The notes under the pieces were generated by a model. It was not told the origin of the DNA. It saw nothing but the letters and a program-made list of their open reading frames with translations, and ran no database searches. Shown piece after piece: positions 1-10,800 of a DNA stretch of 64,000 bases; positions within the stretch are counted from its first letter, which is position 1; every line of letters starts with the position of its first letter. The position numbers and the translations under genes are program-made. The DNA lies in assembly GCF_025370755.1 (NCBI RefSeq), contig NZ_JAMXFC010000004.1, positions 145,505 through 209,504 on the forward strand, given 5' to 3'. The stretch comes from Laspinema sp. D2d (GTDB lineage Bacteria; Cyanobacteriota; Cyanobacteriia; Cyanobacteriales; Laspinemataceae).

Positions 1-574
1 CAGGGACTTTAAATTTGCATCCAGGATCGGGTTAGACTAACACCTCGTTAGCCTAACCTTCACCCTGGGTTTAAATGTTTAAGCCTTCGGTAATTCATGA
101 TTCATCTCCATTCCTAACATGACCGCCCTCTTTCCCGGGGGTCACGAGATGAACCAGAAAACTCGCCGATGGAGTCACGCTAGGTCATTTCACTGACTAA
201 ACCGCCCGGTTGTGGGGAAACGGTCGAGGTTCGTCTAAAGGCTCGTCAGCCATTGAGTCTGCCTGAGTAATCGTTGCAATACAACTACTACCAGAGCTTT
301 CCACTTGAGTATTCCTTACTTGTTTAAGTTGCGTTTAAGATCGGGAAGTTCAGAGGGTTCTGAAAGCCCTTTTTCCTTATAGCACTCTTCAGAAAACAGG
401 TCAAGCTTTTTAGGATTTTTTTTAGGGAAAAAGGTTTCCAATATTTCCCTCGGGTCAGAAGTTCAGTGGAGATTACCCGTCTTTCTGACCCTTTGCTGCC
501 TGCTAAAATTTCCGTCTGAGAATTCCTCTATCCCCTTTTCAAAGGATAAATTCCTCAAAAAAATGACTCTAATT

Positions 575-2215
575 TTATTCAGGTTCTCCCGCAATATCCG
601 GGGTTGGTACGACCAAGACGGGAACGGAACTCCCCGCTAAAACTCCTTGAAAAATTGACCTGATCGGCGTTTCTTCTTGGTTTGGATTAGGGCATTTTCC
701 GACCACAATTGCCGTGACCGGATGCGCTTTTGACCAAGCCAAGATTGTATCCACCACTGCCCCTTTTTCCCGGATGAACTGATGACGAATATCTGCTAAA
801 ATTCCCAGAGTCATCTCCTGAATCGCTTGAGTTTCCTGCGGGTTATCTACGGTGGTTACATACAAAACGATCGCCTCTCCATGACTACGCCGAGCTAAAT
901 CTGCCGTTTGTTTCAAGACTTCCCTGGCCCCCTTGGAACTCTCCAACGCTGCTAAAAACATAGTTCGAGTATTCACGGTTACTTTGGTGGGGTCTACTTC
1001 TCCTTTTTTCAGCAATTTTGGAGCAAAAGTGGGAATCGCCCAAGCCCCCAAAGGCGCTGTCACTAAAATTGACAACGCAGCAATGGCTAAAATAATTTCA
1101 CCGCCTTCAATGCCATAGGCTAAAGGTAATGCACCCAAGGCCGCTTGCACCGTTGCTTTTGCAGAATTTCCCGGTAATAAAAACAGTTTTTCTTGCCAAT
1201 TCCAATTGCTTCCTGCTGTCGAAAGAGTCCAACCAATGGTTCTCCCGATTAATAAGCCCACTGCTAAAATAGTTAAGCCCGGTAAGAACATTTCTCCCAA
1301 AACATGGAGCTGAATACTGGCTCCCATTAACACAAATAAGATAATTTCGGCCACAATCCACAGGCTATTAAATCCGTTGCGGAGTCGGCGGGCCAGGGGT
1401 GCATCCAGTTCGATTAGAAAAAATCCCATCGACATCACTGCTAGATACCCTGAAAAGTAAGGGAATTCCCGGGCAGTAAGCACGGCAACGGCGGCAACAA
1501 CGGCGGCAATTAAGATATCTTGGACGGGATTTTTACTCCAGCTTTGCCGTTCCAGGAGAGAGACTAATAATTGGGCGGCTAAATAACCGGCAACGATTCC
1601 TAAAACAATCTGGATAATAGCTTGGAAGGGAAGTAAGAGAAGCGGATTTAATGAGAGTCCCCCGGGCAAAATAATTGCCTCGATTTCCCCTTGCTGGAGG
1701 AAATTTAACAGTAAACTAAAGACGAGTAAGAGGACTACATCCGAGACGGCAGACCCAGTTAAAATAGCATCGGGAATGCCTTTTTTGACGCCCCAACCCA
1801 AGCGTTTGAGACGCAACATTCCTGGGACAATAACGGCGGGAGATTCAGCAGCAATAATGCAACCGAGGAGTAACCCAGTTAATAGGTCAAACTGGAAGAG
1901 AAACACAGAAGCAATGGCGATCGCCCCCGTTTCCAGGATAGCGGGTAAAATGCCCAATCGCAGGGCGACGGTTCCTTGTTCCGCCAACTTGTCGCGATCG
2001 AGTCCGAGTCCCGCTTTCATCAAGATAATCATCACTGCCATTGTTCGTAAATCATCGGCAGCAGCGAGAATTTCCGGTTCTAAGCGGTTTCCGACTTCGG
2101 GACCGAGGATGACTCCCACCAAAATCATGCCAATGAGGGGGGGTGCACCGAGACGACGGGCGAATTGACCCGCAAAAAAGCCCATTCCCAGGATCCAAAT
2201 TATACTGATTAACAT
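575..2215 (-). CDS. CPA1-type Na+/H+ antiporter with a C-terminal UspA-like (universal stress protein) domain
   Basis: The N-terminal ~400 aa are polytopic membrane with Na+/H+ exchanger-like helices (LIGMILVGVILGPE ... MKAGLGLD). The C-terminal ~130 aa (EAIVLYVTTVDNP...AIVVGK) resemble the Usp alpha/beta fold. The ORF is 546 aa. Confidence 0.8.
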   Translation of the reverse strand: MLISIIWILGMGFFAGQFARRLGAPPLIGMILVGVILGPEVGNRLEPEILAAADDLRTMAVMIILMKAGLGLDRDKLAEQGTVALRLGILPAILETGAIAIASVFLFQFDLLTGLLLGCIIAAESPAVIVPGMLRLKRLGWGVKKGIPDAILTGSAVSDVVLLLVFSLLLNFLQQGEIEAIILPGGLSLNPLLLLPFQAIIQIVLGIVAGYLAAQLLVSLLERQSWSKNPVQDILIAAVVAAVAVLTAREFPYFSGYLAVMSMGFFLIELDAPLARRLRNGFNSLWIVAEIILFVLMGASIQLHVLGEMFLPGLTILAVGLLIGRTIGWTLSTAGSNWNWQEKLFLLPGNSAKATVQAALGALPLAYGIEGGEIILAIAALSILVTAPLGAWAIPTFAPKLLKKGEVDPTKVTVNTRTMFLAALESSKGAREVLKQTADLARRSHGEAIVLYVTTVDNPQETQAIQEMTLGILADIRHQFIREKGAVVDTILAWSKAHPVTAIVVGKCPNPNQEETPIRSIFQGVLAGSSVPVLVVPTPDIAGEPE

Positions 2216-2564
2216 TGCTCATGCTCCTGAACAGGTGTGAAGGGGCTGGTCCAGGAGAGGATTGATGCGATCGCCCTACCTCCCGGCATTCAGCCCGGAC
2301 AGGTAGGAGCCATCAGCCTTTCAGCCCCCCATCGGGATCGCTGAATCGGCGGTTATGGCGAGCTCCATCGCCTTCAATCTTAAATCAGAACTTAATATAG
2401 CATAAATTTCCGCAACAATCCAGTAATTGACCCATTTTTTTATTAGACAGAACGACTCAAAAATCATCCCTCTGCTGCCACAATCTCTTTCTGGAGATAG
2501 AAACCTTCAGAGGATTAAGTTTTGTAAAATTCAAAGCAAGTGGGAATTTAACAGGAGTTTTTTC

Positions 2565-4262
2565 ATGTCCCAGTACGATGTAATTATCATTGGAGCCGGT
2601 CATAACGGCTTAGTTTGTGCCGCTTATCTTTTAAAAGCCGGTAAAAGTGTTTTACTATTAGAAAAACGCTCAATTCCTGGGGGTGCAGCAACCACCGAAG
2701 AATCGTTGCCTGAAGAAGCCCCAGGGTTTAAATTTAACCTCTGCGCGATCGACCATGAATTTATCCATCTCGGACCCGTGGTGGAAGAATTAGAACTCAA
2801 AAAATACGGATTAGACTATCTGTATTGTGATCCGGTCCTCTTTTGTCCGCAACCCGATGGAAAATACTTCCTCGGGCATAAATCCGTAGACAAAACCTGT
2901 GAGGAGATTGCCCGCTACAGTGAGCGGGACGCGCAGAAATATGGAGAATTTATTCACTACTGGCAGAGAGTTTTGAATGCGATCGCTCCCATATTCAATG
3001 CCCCGCCTAAATCGATTATCGATATTACCGGCAATTATAATTTCGATAAAATTAAAGACCTTTTGTCTTTACTAGGAACCCCAGATAAAATCCTCGATTT
3101 TGCCCGAACCATGCTCAGTAGTCCTCAAGATATGTTAGAGGAATGGTTCGATACCGAAGTCGTCAAAGCACCCTTAGCTAGACTCGCCGCAGAAATGAGC
3201 ATTCCGCCCTCACAAAAAGGGATGTCTGTGGGTGCAATTATGATGGCAATGCGTCATAATCCTGGCATGGCAAGACCCAGAGGAGGAACCGGCGCACTCA
3301 CCCAAGCATTAGTGAATCGAGTCACCAGTCTTGGGGGTGAAATTTTGTGCGATCGCGGCGTTGAACGAATTTTAGTGGATAATAATCGCGCCGTCGGTGT
3401 CCGCGTGGATGGAGGTCAAGAATACCGCGCTAAAGAAGGGGTAATTTCCAATATTGATGCCAAACGAGTCTTCTTAGATTTAATCAATCCGGGAGATGTA
3501 GATTCCAGCGACCCCAACTTACGCGATCGGGTGGATCGCCGCATTGTCAACAACAATGAAAGCATCCTCAAACTGGATTGTGCCCTCTCAGAAATGCCGC
3601 GATTTGAAGCCTACAATCACCAAGATGAATATTTAATTGGGTCGGTTGTTATTGCCGATTCCGTTCATCATGTGGAAGAAAGTCATAGTCTCTGTCAACT
3701 TGGTAGGATTCCTGATGAAAATCCCTCCATCTATGCCGTTGTTCCCACCGTTCTTGATCCATCAATGGCCCCGGAAGGAAAGCATACCCTGTGGGTGGAA
3801 TTCTTCGCTCCTTATCAGATTCATGGCGCAGAAGGAACCGGACAAAATGGCACGGGATGGACTGATGAACTGAAAAACAAAGTGGCCGATCGCCTGATTG
3901 ATAAACTATCGGATTATGCGCCGAATCTCAAAAATTCAATTATTGCGCGACGGGTAGAAAGTCCAGCGGAACTGGGCGCTCGCCTTGGGTCTTATAAGGG
4001 CAATCATTACCATATTGATATGACCTTAGACCAGATGATTTTCTTCCGTCCTCTGCCAGAAATCGCCAACTACAAAACTCCCATTGATGGGTTATTTTTA
4101 ACCGGCGCTGGTACTCATCCCGGTGGTTCAATTTCTGGAATGCCCGGACGGAACTGTGCTCGGGTATTTTTATTCCAGCAGCAACCCATGAGCCAAACCT
4201 TAAAAGATGCGACCAATTCGGTCAAGTCAATGGCAAATTCTGTGTTTAATTTGTCCAGTTAA
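2565..4262 (+). CDS. FAD-dependent oxidoreductase of the phytoene desaturase/CrtI-like family (COG1233)
   Basis: A Rossmann dinucleotide motif DVIIIGAGHNGLVCAAYLLKAGKSVLLLEK sits at the N-terminus. Length (~566 aa) and the C-terminal FAD motif (GLFLTGAGTHPGG) fit this family. The start at 2565 follows an AGGAG RBS. The track start at 2427 is probably too far upstream. Confidence 0.8.
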   Translation: MSQYDVIIIGAGHNGLVCAAYLLKAGKSVLLLEKRSIPGGAATTEESLPEEAPGFKFNLCAIDHEFIHLGPVVEELELKKYGLDYLYCDPVLFCPQPDGKYFLGHKSVDKTCEEIARYSERDAQKYGEFIHYWQRVLNAIAPIFNAPPKSIIDITGNYNFDKIKDLLSLLGTPDKILDFARTMLSSPQDMLEEWFDTEVVKAPLARLAAEMSIPPSQKGMSVGAIMMAMRHNPGMARPRGGTGALTQALVNRVTSLGGEILCDRGVERILVDNNRAVGVRVDGGQEYRAKEGVISNIDAKRVFLDLINPGDVDSSDPNLRDRVDRRIVNNNESILKLDCALSEMPRFEAYNHQDEYLIGSVVIADSVHHVEESHSLCQLGRIPDENPSIYAVVPTVLDPSMAPEGKHTLWVEFFAPYQIHGAEGTGQNGTGWTDELKNKVADRLIDKLSDYAPNLKNSIIARRVESPAELGARLGSYKGNHYHIDMTLDQMIFFRPLPEIANYKTPIDGLFLTGAGTHPGGSISGMPGRNCARVFLFQQQPMSQTLKDATNSVKSMANSVFNLSS

Positions 4263-4664
4263 TAGCGGTTTTTAGCCTTTTAAAGGGGGGGGTTAGAGAA
4301 GGATTCTTGATTTTTTTATCTCCCCTTTAGATAGGCAACCGCTGAGATAACTGTTGGGTCAATGATTTCTTAGACGAATCAAAGACCTGTTACCCAAACC
4401 GCATAACCCATCTCATTTGTTGACCAAGCACTTGACTCAATCTCCGGTCCCCTCCCCTAAACTTAGGGGAGGGATATGGCCTTTTATTTTAGTTGAAAAA
4501 GCCCTGAATTTGAAGGTTGATTGCCTTTTGTGCAAACCTCTATTTAAGCGAAAAATAAAGAGCATCATGACCTGGATTAGGGAGAGAAGTGCTAGTCTGA
4601 TAGATTGGGCTGTTCCCTTAATCATTTGTTCCTTTAATCGACTACTAAAAGAGGAGCGATCGCT

Positions 4665-5918
4665 TTGATAGATGTTTACATTCTCAATATGCTGGCTATC
4701 GGGTTTTTACTGCTGTCAGTAACTGTATTTTCCGGTTGGATTAAGCGATTGCCGCTTTCTTATGCCCTAATTTATTTAGTCGTTGGGATTTTGATTGGTC
4801 CTTATGGACTGAGATTAGTTATGGTGCGCCCAGATGCCAATTTTCTGGAGCGATTGAGTGAATTAGTGGTCATTATTTCATTGTTTAGTTGCGGCCTCAA
4901 AATGAATCGTCCACTCAATTTATGGGCATGGCAGACGACGGCCCGATTAATTGGATTTTTGATGCCCATTTCTATTGTCGCGATCGCGGTAGTCGGGCGC
5001 TTATTTTTAGGCATGGATTGGGGGGCTGCGATTTTACTCGGGGCTATTCTCGCCCCCACCGATCCGGTTTTGGCATCAGAAGTTCAATTGGCTCATTTTG
5101 AGGATAAAGATGAACTCCGGTTTGGCTTAACGTCTGAAGGGGGATTAAATGATGCCTTGGCTTTCCCCTTTGTTTATTTTGGGTTATATCTGCTAAAAGA
5201 TAGTGATATCAATAACTGGATTTACGAGTGGTTGGTTATCGATTTAATTTGGGCGATCGCTGCGGGTCTCGGCATGGGCATTATCGTCGCTTCTGCCATT
5301 GTTTGGATCGAAAAGCAATTAAATCGTGCTCGTCCCGTCGATGAACTCATGCAAGATTTTATTGCTTTGAGTACCATTTTATTGGCTTATTCCCTAACGG
5401 AAGTGATTAATGGATATGGGTTTCTCGCGGTATTTGTCGCCGGAGTGACGGTCCGCAGAAGCTACAGCCGCGATTCAGAACGAACCGAGTCTCAACTGAG
5501 ATTAACGGAACGGGTGGAAAAACTGCTAGAAGTAGGAACTATCTTATTACTCGGGTCTCTGCTAAGAATAGAACCGAGTTTACAGTTTGCGGGAGATGCG
5601 TTAATCATCGCAGGATTTTTGTTGTTTATTATTCGTCCCCTGGGAACTTGGATTAGTACCATTGGCTCAAATTTTCATCGCTCAAAACGGTTATTGATGG
5701 GGTGGTTTGGAATTCGGGGTGTAGGTTCAGTCTATTATCTCACTTATGCGATGGGCAAAGGGTTAGAAGGAGAAACTGCGGAAAAAATCGCTTGGATTGT
5801 TTTTCTGACCCTGGTGATTTCGGCTATTGTGCATGGCATTAGTGCGACTCCCTTGATGAATTGGTATGGGGCCAAGTTGGAGAAAAGAAGGGTAACCCTA
5901 AAAGGCGATCGCCCCTGA
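4665..5918 (+). CDS. CPA1 (NhaP-type) Na+/H+ antiporter
   Basis: 417 aa with ~11 predicted TM helices and Na+/H+ exchanger family motifs (ILLGAILAPTDPVLAS, GLNDALAFPF). Confidence 0.8.
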   Translation: MIDVYILNMLAIGFLLLSVTVFSGWIKRLPLSYALIYLVVGILIGPYGLRLVMVRPDANFLERLSELVVIISLFSCGLKMNRPLNLWAWQTTARLIGFLMPISIVAIAVVGRLFLGMDWGAAILLGAILAPTDPVLASEVQLAHFEDKDELRFGLTSEGGLNDALAFPFVYFGLYLLKDSDINNWIYEWLVIDLIWAIAAGLGMGIIVASAIVWIEKQLNRARPVDELMQDFIALSTILLAYSLTEVINGYGFLAVFVAGVTVRRSYSRDSERTESQLRLTERVEKLLEVGTILLLGSLLRIEPSLQFAGDALIIAGFLLFIIRPLGTWISTIGSNFHRSKRLLMGWFGIRGVGSVYYLTYAMGKGLEGETAEKIAWIVFLTLVISAIVHGISATPLMNWYGAKLEKRRVTLKGDRP

Positions 5919-6112
5919 GAGCAAGCAAGATGCGCGCACTCCTGATAGTCTCTCTCTGGAACCCCTGAGTTTGGGAACCGCGATAGAGGCGCTAGAACAC
6001 TGAATAGGGGCCAAAAACTCGGCTTCTTCTCTCTCTCTAGTTCTGTACACCCAGACTAGGGAGAATTTCTATAATAAGGGAAATGAGCTGATGCATGGGT
6101 GGGAGGGCTATA

Positions 6113-7042
6113 ATGAGCGAATCACCGGACTTTATTCTGTATGCGCAACATGGATGGGCGGATACTTATCATAAAATTGCGACATTGGCTGAGGCTTTAA
6201 AAACCCCAAATTGTCGGATTATTACGCCCAATTTGGGTTGGTTGCGGACCTTTTATCGGATTGAACCCTTAATTCAAACCGTGGAAACTATCGTAGGCGA
6301 AACCCTCGCCACCTATCCCACTACTCCAATGCGAATTATTGGTCATTCAATGGGGGGATTAATTTGGTTAGAAGTGCTGCATCGCCATCCGGAATGGCGA
6401 TCGCAAATTCACTCCTTAGTTTTGCTGGCTTCTCCTGTGGGTGGGGCGGATTTAGCCCGGATTTTAGACCCCTTTAAATGGGGACTGGGGATGGGTCGGG
6501 ACTTAGGCATTAATCGGCGTCAAATTGCCGAGTCTCTGGCTGAAATTATCCCCACGTTAGTTATTGCTGGAGATAGCGATAATGGTAGCGATCGCACGAT
6601 TAGTATTGAAGCGACTAAGTTTAACCGCGCTCAATTTATCTGTTTGCCTGGGATCTCTCATCCCGCCCTCAAAAATCATCCCCAGTTAGTCCAAATTATT
6701 CGCGATTTTTGGGAAAATCCGGTGATTTCTCCTCCGCCAAAGGCCGATTTAATTTATGCCGTGATTCAGAAATTGCAAGCCCTTCCCGCCATGACTGCCG
6801 CCCATCGCCGGGATTTTGTCCGGGCTAAACCCTATCTAACGTTTAATACTGGGATGAAGATTAGAGTCTGGAAAAACCCCGTTCAGGTTCACCATGTTTT
6901 CATTGAAAATCCTCTAGGAATTTGTGTATTTTGCGGCTTTGTGGGATGGCAACATACCCAAGATTTATATCAGACTCTGAACCAGATTGCTGAAGAGTTT
7001 CAAGAGCATTTGACTGAATCAGAGGTCATTTTGTCTGTTTAA
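6113..7042 (+). CDS. alpha/beta-fold hydrolase (esterase/lipase-like)
   Basis: A GHSMGG nucleophile elbow lies within IIGHSMGGLIW. The size suits an alpha/beta hydrolase. The ATG at 6113 is preceded by a GGGAGGG RBS. Confidence 0.65.
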   Translation: MSESPDFILYAQHGWADTYHKIATLAEALKTPNCRIITPNLGWLRTFYRIEPLIQTVETIVGETLATYPTTPMRIIGHSMGGLIWLEVLHRHPEWRSQIHSLVLLASPVGGADLARILDPFKWGLGMGRDLGINRRQIAESLAEIIPTLVIAGDSDNGSDRTISIEATKFNRAQFICLPGISHPALKNHPQLVQIIRDFWENPVISPPPKADLIYAVIQKLQALPAMTAAHRRDFVRAKPYLTFNTGMKIRVWKNPVQVHHVFIENPLGICVFCGFVGWQHTQDLYQTLNQIAEEFQEHLTESEVILSV

Positions 7043-7211
7043 AATTACCCAAAGATAGCGTTTCCCCCAGGGAGGAGGTACAGAGATTTAGAGGAGTGCG
7101 TTATTGAAGGCTGTGCGGAACGTACTCCTAATCCCCTCTGTACTCCATGAGTCGGGAAACGACTCCCGAACCGATTTTGTACTCAGTCACGGGCGATCTT
7201 TCTTCGTATAG

Positions 7212-8372
7212 ATGCCAGATTTGGAGAAAAATGCTGCAATGGGGGTATTGTTATCGATTAGAGACATGACTCAACGAGTTTTGATTATTGGCGGACGGGG
7301 ACGGATCGGCAGCAGCATTGCTCAAGATTTGATCACCCATACTGATGCAGAAATTACGGTGACGGGACGGGACAAGACACCGGGAAAATCAGTGGATGAG
7401 ACTCTGGGCGATCGCGTGCAGTTTCGGGCAGTACATTTAGACGATCGCGCTGGATTATCCCAGGCGATCGCAGATAGCGATCTCGTCATCCATAGTGCCG
7501 GACCCTTCCATCACCGCGATGCCCGAGTGCTGCAACTCTGCATCGATCGCGGCGTGAACTATACCGATGTTAGCGATAGTCGAGGATTCACGCGCAGGGC
7601 GCTGGCATTGCAAGACGCCGCCGAAAAAGCAGGCATAACCGCTATCATTAATACCGGCATTTTTCCCGGAATTTCTAATAGTATGGTTCGCCAAGGGGTG
7701 GAACAACTTCAAGAAGCCGATCGCATCCATTTAAGCTATGTTGTCGGGGGGTCAGGCGGTGCAGGAGTCACCGTCATGCGTACCACCTTTTTAGGCTTAC
7801 AAAACCCCTTTGATGCTTGGATTGATGGTCGATGGCAACCCGTTAAACCCTATACCGATCGCGAAACCATCGAATTTCCCCCACCATACGGAAAGGTCGG
7901 AGTTTACTGGTTTGATATGCCTGAAGCTTTCACCTTACCCGACTCCTTCCCGGTGAAAACTGCGATTACAAAATTCGGCACTTCCCCGGATTTGTACAAC
8001 CATTTAACCTGGATGGTGGCAAATTTATGGCCTTCCGCCGCCCTGAAAAATTCCGCCGTAGTCGAGTTTTTATCTCAAGTCAGCTACCGCATGACAGGAT
8101 TCACCGACAAATTTAGCGGGACTGGGGTAGCGGTGCGATCAGAAGTTAACGGACGTAACAGCGCAGGAGAACCCGCCACCGTTTGCAGTGCCGTGGTTCA
8201 TCCTAGTGCCGCTGTTGCCACCGGAATCGGCACCGGAACCATCGCCGAACTGATGCTGAAAGGAAAACTCACTAAACCCGGCGTATGGCCCGTAGAACAA
8301 GCCTTATCTACGCCGTTATTTGAATCAATTATGACAACTCGGGGAATCGAGATCGCTCATCATTGGTTGTAA
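7212..8372 (+). CDS. saccharopine dehydrogenase-like NAD(P)-binding oxidoreductase
   Basis: An N-terminal Rossmann motif VLIIGGRGRIGSSIAQDL is present. The overall architecture is typical of the saccharopine dehydrogenase NADP-binding family. The start may instead be at 7266. Confidence 0.75.
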   Translation: MPDLEKNAAMGVLLSIRDMTQRVLIIGGRGRIGSSIAQDLITHTDAEITVTGRDKTPGKSVDETLGDRVQFRAVHLDDRAGLSQAIADSDLVIHSAGPFHHRDARVLQLCIDRGVNYTDVSDSRGFTRRALALQDAAEKAGITAIINTGIFPGISNSMVRQGVEQLQEADRIHLSYVVGGSGGAGVTVMRTTFLGLQNPFDAWIDGRWQPVKPYTDRETIEFPPPYGKVGVYWFDMPEAFTLPDSFPVKTAITKFGTSPDLYNHLTWMVANLWPSAALKNSAVVEFLSQVSYRMTGFTDKFSGTGVAVRSEVNGRNSAGEPATVCSAVVHPSAAVATGIGTGTIAELMLKGKLTKPGVWPVEQALSTPLFESIMTTRGIEIAHHWL

Positions 8373-8406
8373 GCTGTCCCTATCTATATCTTAGCCCGGA
8401 TCAACC

Positions 8407-9894
8407 ATGCACACTTGTCTGAATTATATTGAGGGTCACTGGTTACCCCCCGCCTCTGGGGAAACAATGGAAAGTCGCAATCCCGCCCACTGGCGCGAAC
8501 TGGTGGCAACTTTTCCGCGATCGGACCAAAGTGATATAGACCGGGCTGTAACCGCCGCCCGCCATGCCTATCGCACTTGGCGGCGCGTTCCAGCACCAGA
8601 ACGGGCAGAATTGTTATACCGCTTTGGAGAATTATTGCGCGATCGCAAAGCAGAACTGGCTTATTTAATGAGTCAGGAAATGGGAAAACCCCTGCGTGAA
8701 GCCAATGGCGATGTCCAAGAAGGCATTGATTGCGCTTTTTATTATGCCGGAGAAGGTCGCCGTTTGTTCGGACAAACCACCACCTCGGAAATGGACAATA
8801 AATTTGCGATGACGGTACGAATGCCGATCGGGGTCTGTGGGTTAATCACCCCTTGGAATTTTCCCATCGCCATTCCCTGTTGGAAAGCAATGCCTGCCTT
8901 AGTCTGCGGCAATACCCTCGTCCTGAAACCGTCCGAAGATACCCCCGCCGTAACTCACTTCCTGTTTCAGGTGTTCCATGATGCCGGATTTCCCCCCGGT
9001 GTGGTTAATCTGGTACATGGATTGGGAGAAGAAGTGGGAAAAGCCTTAGTAGAACATCCCGACGTCAATTTAATTTCCTTAACCGGGTCCTCACAAACTG
9101 GCGCAGAAGTGGCGGCAATCTGCGCCAAACAGCACAAGCGGGTTTGTTTGGAACTAGGGGGAAAAAATGCCCAAGTCGTGATGGAGGATGCGGATTTAGA
9201 ATTAGCCCTAGAAGGCGCAGTCTGGGGCGCTTTTGGCACGAGTGGGCAACGGTGCACCGCCACCAGCCGTCTCCTGCTGCATCGGGATATTAAAGATAAA
9301 TTTACCGCAATGCTGCTCGATCGCACTCGGAAACTCCGTTTGGGTCCCGGAACAGACCCGAATACTGACATTGGGCCAATTGTCAATGCCACGCAATTGA
9401 ATACCATTGAGGAGTATATGGAAATCGCCCATCAAGAGGGGGCAAAGATTTTAATCGGCGGCAATCGCACAACGGAGGGCACCCTCACAGGAGGATTCTT
9501 TTTTGAACCCACTATCCTGGATGGGGTGATGCCGAATATGCGGGTGGCGCGGGAAGAGATTTTTGGTCCGGTGGTGGCATTGATAGAAATTTCTTCCTTT
9601 GAAGAAGCGATCGCCATTCTCAATGATACCCCCTACGGGTTATCTTCTTCCGTTTATACTCGTGATGTGAATCGGGCATTTCAAGCCATGCGCGATATTG
9701 AAGCCGGAATCACCTATATTAACGGTCCCACCATTGGCGCTGAGGTACATTTACCCTTTGGGGGTGTCAAACAAACCGGCAACGGACATCGCGAGGCGGG
9801 AACAGCGGCGCTGGATGTGTTTACGGAATGGAAAACAGTCTATGTAGACTTTTCGGGACGCTTACAACGGGCGCAAATCGACAATCGCGAGTAA
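8407..9894 (+). CDS. NAD(P)+-dependent aldehyde dehydrogenase
   Basis: The ALDH catalytic Cys motif ([13 protein letters not shown]) and Glu motif ([17 protein letters not shown]) are both present. The ORF is 495 aa and starts 35 bp downstream of the preceding gene. Confidence 0.9.
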   Translation: MHTCLNYIEGHWLPPASGETMESRNPAHWRELVATFPRSDQSDIDRAVTAARHAYRTWRRVPAPERAELLYRFGELLRDRKAELAYLMSQEMGKPLREANGDVQEGIDCAFYYAGEGRRLFGQTTTSEMDNKFAMTVRMPIGVCGLITPWNFPIAIPCWKAMPALVCGNTLVLKPSEDTPAVTHFLFQVFHDAGFPPGVVNLVHGLGEEVGKALVEHPDVNLISLTGSSQTGAEVAAICAKQHKRVCLELGGKNAQVVMEDADLELALEGAVWGAFGTSGQRCTATSRLLLHRDIKDKFTAMLLDRTRKLRLGPGTDPNTDIGPIVNATQLNTIEEYMEIAHQEGAKILIGGNRTTEGTLTGGFFFEPTILDGVMPNMRVAREEIFGPVVALIEISSFEEAIAILNDTPYGLSSSVYTRDVNRAFQAMRDIEAGITYINGPTIGAEVHLPFGGVKQTGNGHREAGTAALDVFTEWKTVYVDFSGRLQRAQIDNRE

Positions 9895-10050
9895 TTGGAG
9901 TCGGGAGTACCTCGGGGTGAATCTCAGAGGGCGATCGGCTCAGAATCATGCAATCCCCGCCCGATTTGGCCCACAAATGGGCTATGATGAGTTCTGGGAT
10001 AAGTCCCTTTTGAATCATCTGTTTTGAACCCACAAACCATAGGAGTCACG

Positions 10051-10632
10051 ATGTCTACCGCCCCCAAAATTCTCGCCTTTGCCGGAAGCGCTCGCGAAGC
10101 GTCCTTTAACAAAAAACTCGTTCAAATTGCGGCCAATGGCGCTAGAAAAGCCGGTGCAGAGGTCACTTATATTGACCTGAGAGATTTCCCAATCCCCCTG
10201 TTTGACCAAGACTTAGAAGCCGCAGAAGGAATGCCAAGGTATGCTCAGGAGTTGAAATCGCTCTTCTTTGCTCACCAAGGTGTGTTGATTGCCTCTCCGG
10301 AGTATAATAGTACCATCAGTCCCCTGCTCAAAAATGCGATCGACTGGGTATCTCGTCCCGCGCCAGGTGAACCGATGCTGGCCGCTTTTTCCGGTAAAGT
10401 TGTGGGAATTATGAGTACCTCTCCCGGTGGTTTAGGAGGATTACGGGGTTTAGCTCAACTCCGGGAAATGCTGGCGAATATTAGTATGATTGTGGTACCG
10501 AATCAAATAGCGATTCCCCAAGCCTTTGAAGCCTTTACAGAATCGGGAACGTTAAATGACCCCAAAAAGCAAGAAACGGTGGAAAATATCGGTGTCACAG
10601 TAGCACAAATGTTAACCAAGTTGAATGCTTAA
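10051..10632 (+). CDS. NADPH-dependent FMN reductase (flavodoxin-like fold, ChrR/SsuE-type)
   Basis: ILAFAGSAREASFNKKL...YIDLRDFPIPLFDQDLE is typical of NADPH-dependent FMN reductases. An AGGAG RBS precedes the ATG at 10051. Confidence 0.85.
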   Translation: MSTAPKILAFAGSAREASFNKKLVQIAANGARKAGAEVTYIDLRDFPIPLFDQDLEAAEGMPRYAQELKSLFFAHQGVLIASPEYNSTISPLLKNAIDWVSRPAPGEPMLAAFSGKVVGIMSTSPGGLGGLRGLAQLREMLANISMIVVPNQIAIPQAFEAFTESGTLNDPKKQETVENIGVTVAQMLTKLNA

Positions 10633-10800
10633 TTTAAGCAGAATGGTTAGCGTAATTCCGATTAATTTATCTTTCTGAATTATTTCAAAGGGTAAGAAAC
10701 CGGGTTTCGGCGTTAACTTTGGCTGACTCTGCTAAGAGTTAGGTAAAGAAACCCGGTTTTTGAGTTATTTCAAAGGGCAAGAAACTGGATTTTTGAAAAT

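Noticed and set aside
1-574. Possibility that the left-edge non-coding stretch is RNase P RNA or tmRNA
   Set aside because: I could not find the universally conserved P4 (GGAAAGUCCGG / ACAGAA.CCGGCUUA) elements. I also could not find a tRNA-like 3' end with a tag-peptide reading frame. It is kept only as an unexplained ORF-free region.
1776-2168. 130-aa plus-strand ORF antisense to the antiporter gene
   Set aside because: Arg/Pro-rich and low complexity. It overlaps a well-supported membrane transporter CDS on the other strand. Spurious antisense ORF.
8967-9623. Minus-strand ORFs (146, 75, 63 aa) antisense to the aldehyde dehydrogenase gene
   Set aside because: They overlap a high-confidence ALDH CDS. 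Arg/Ser-rich composition typical of antisense frames in GC-moderate genes.
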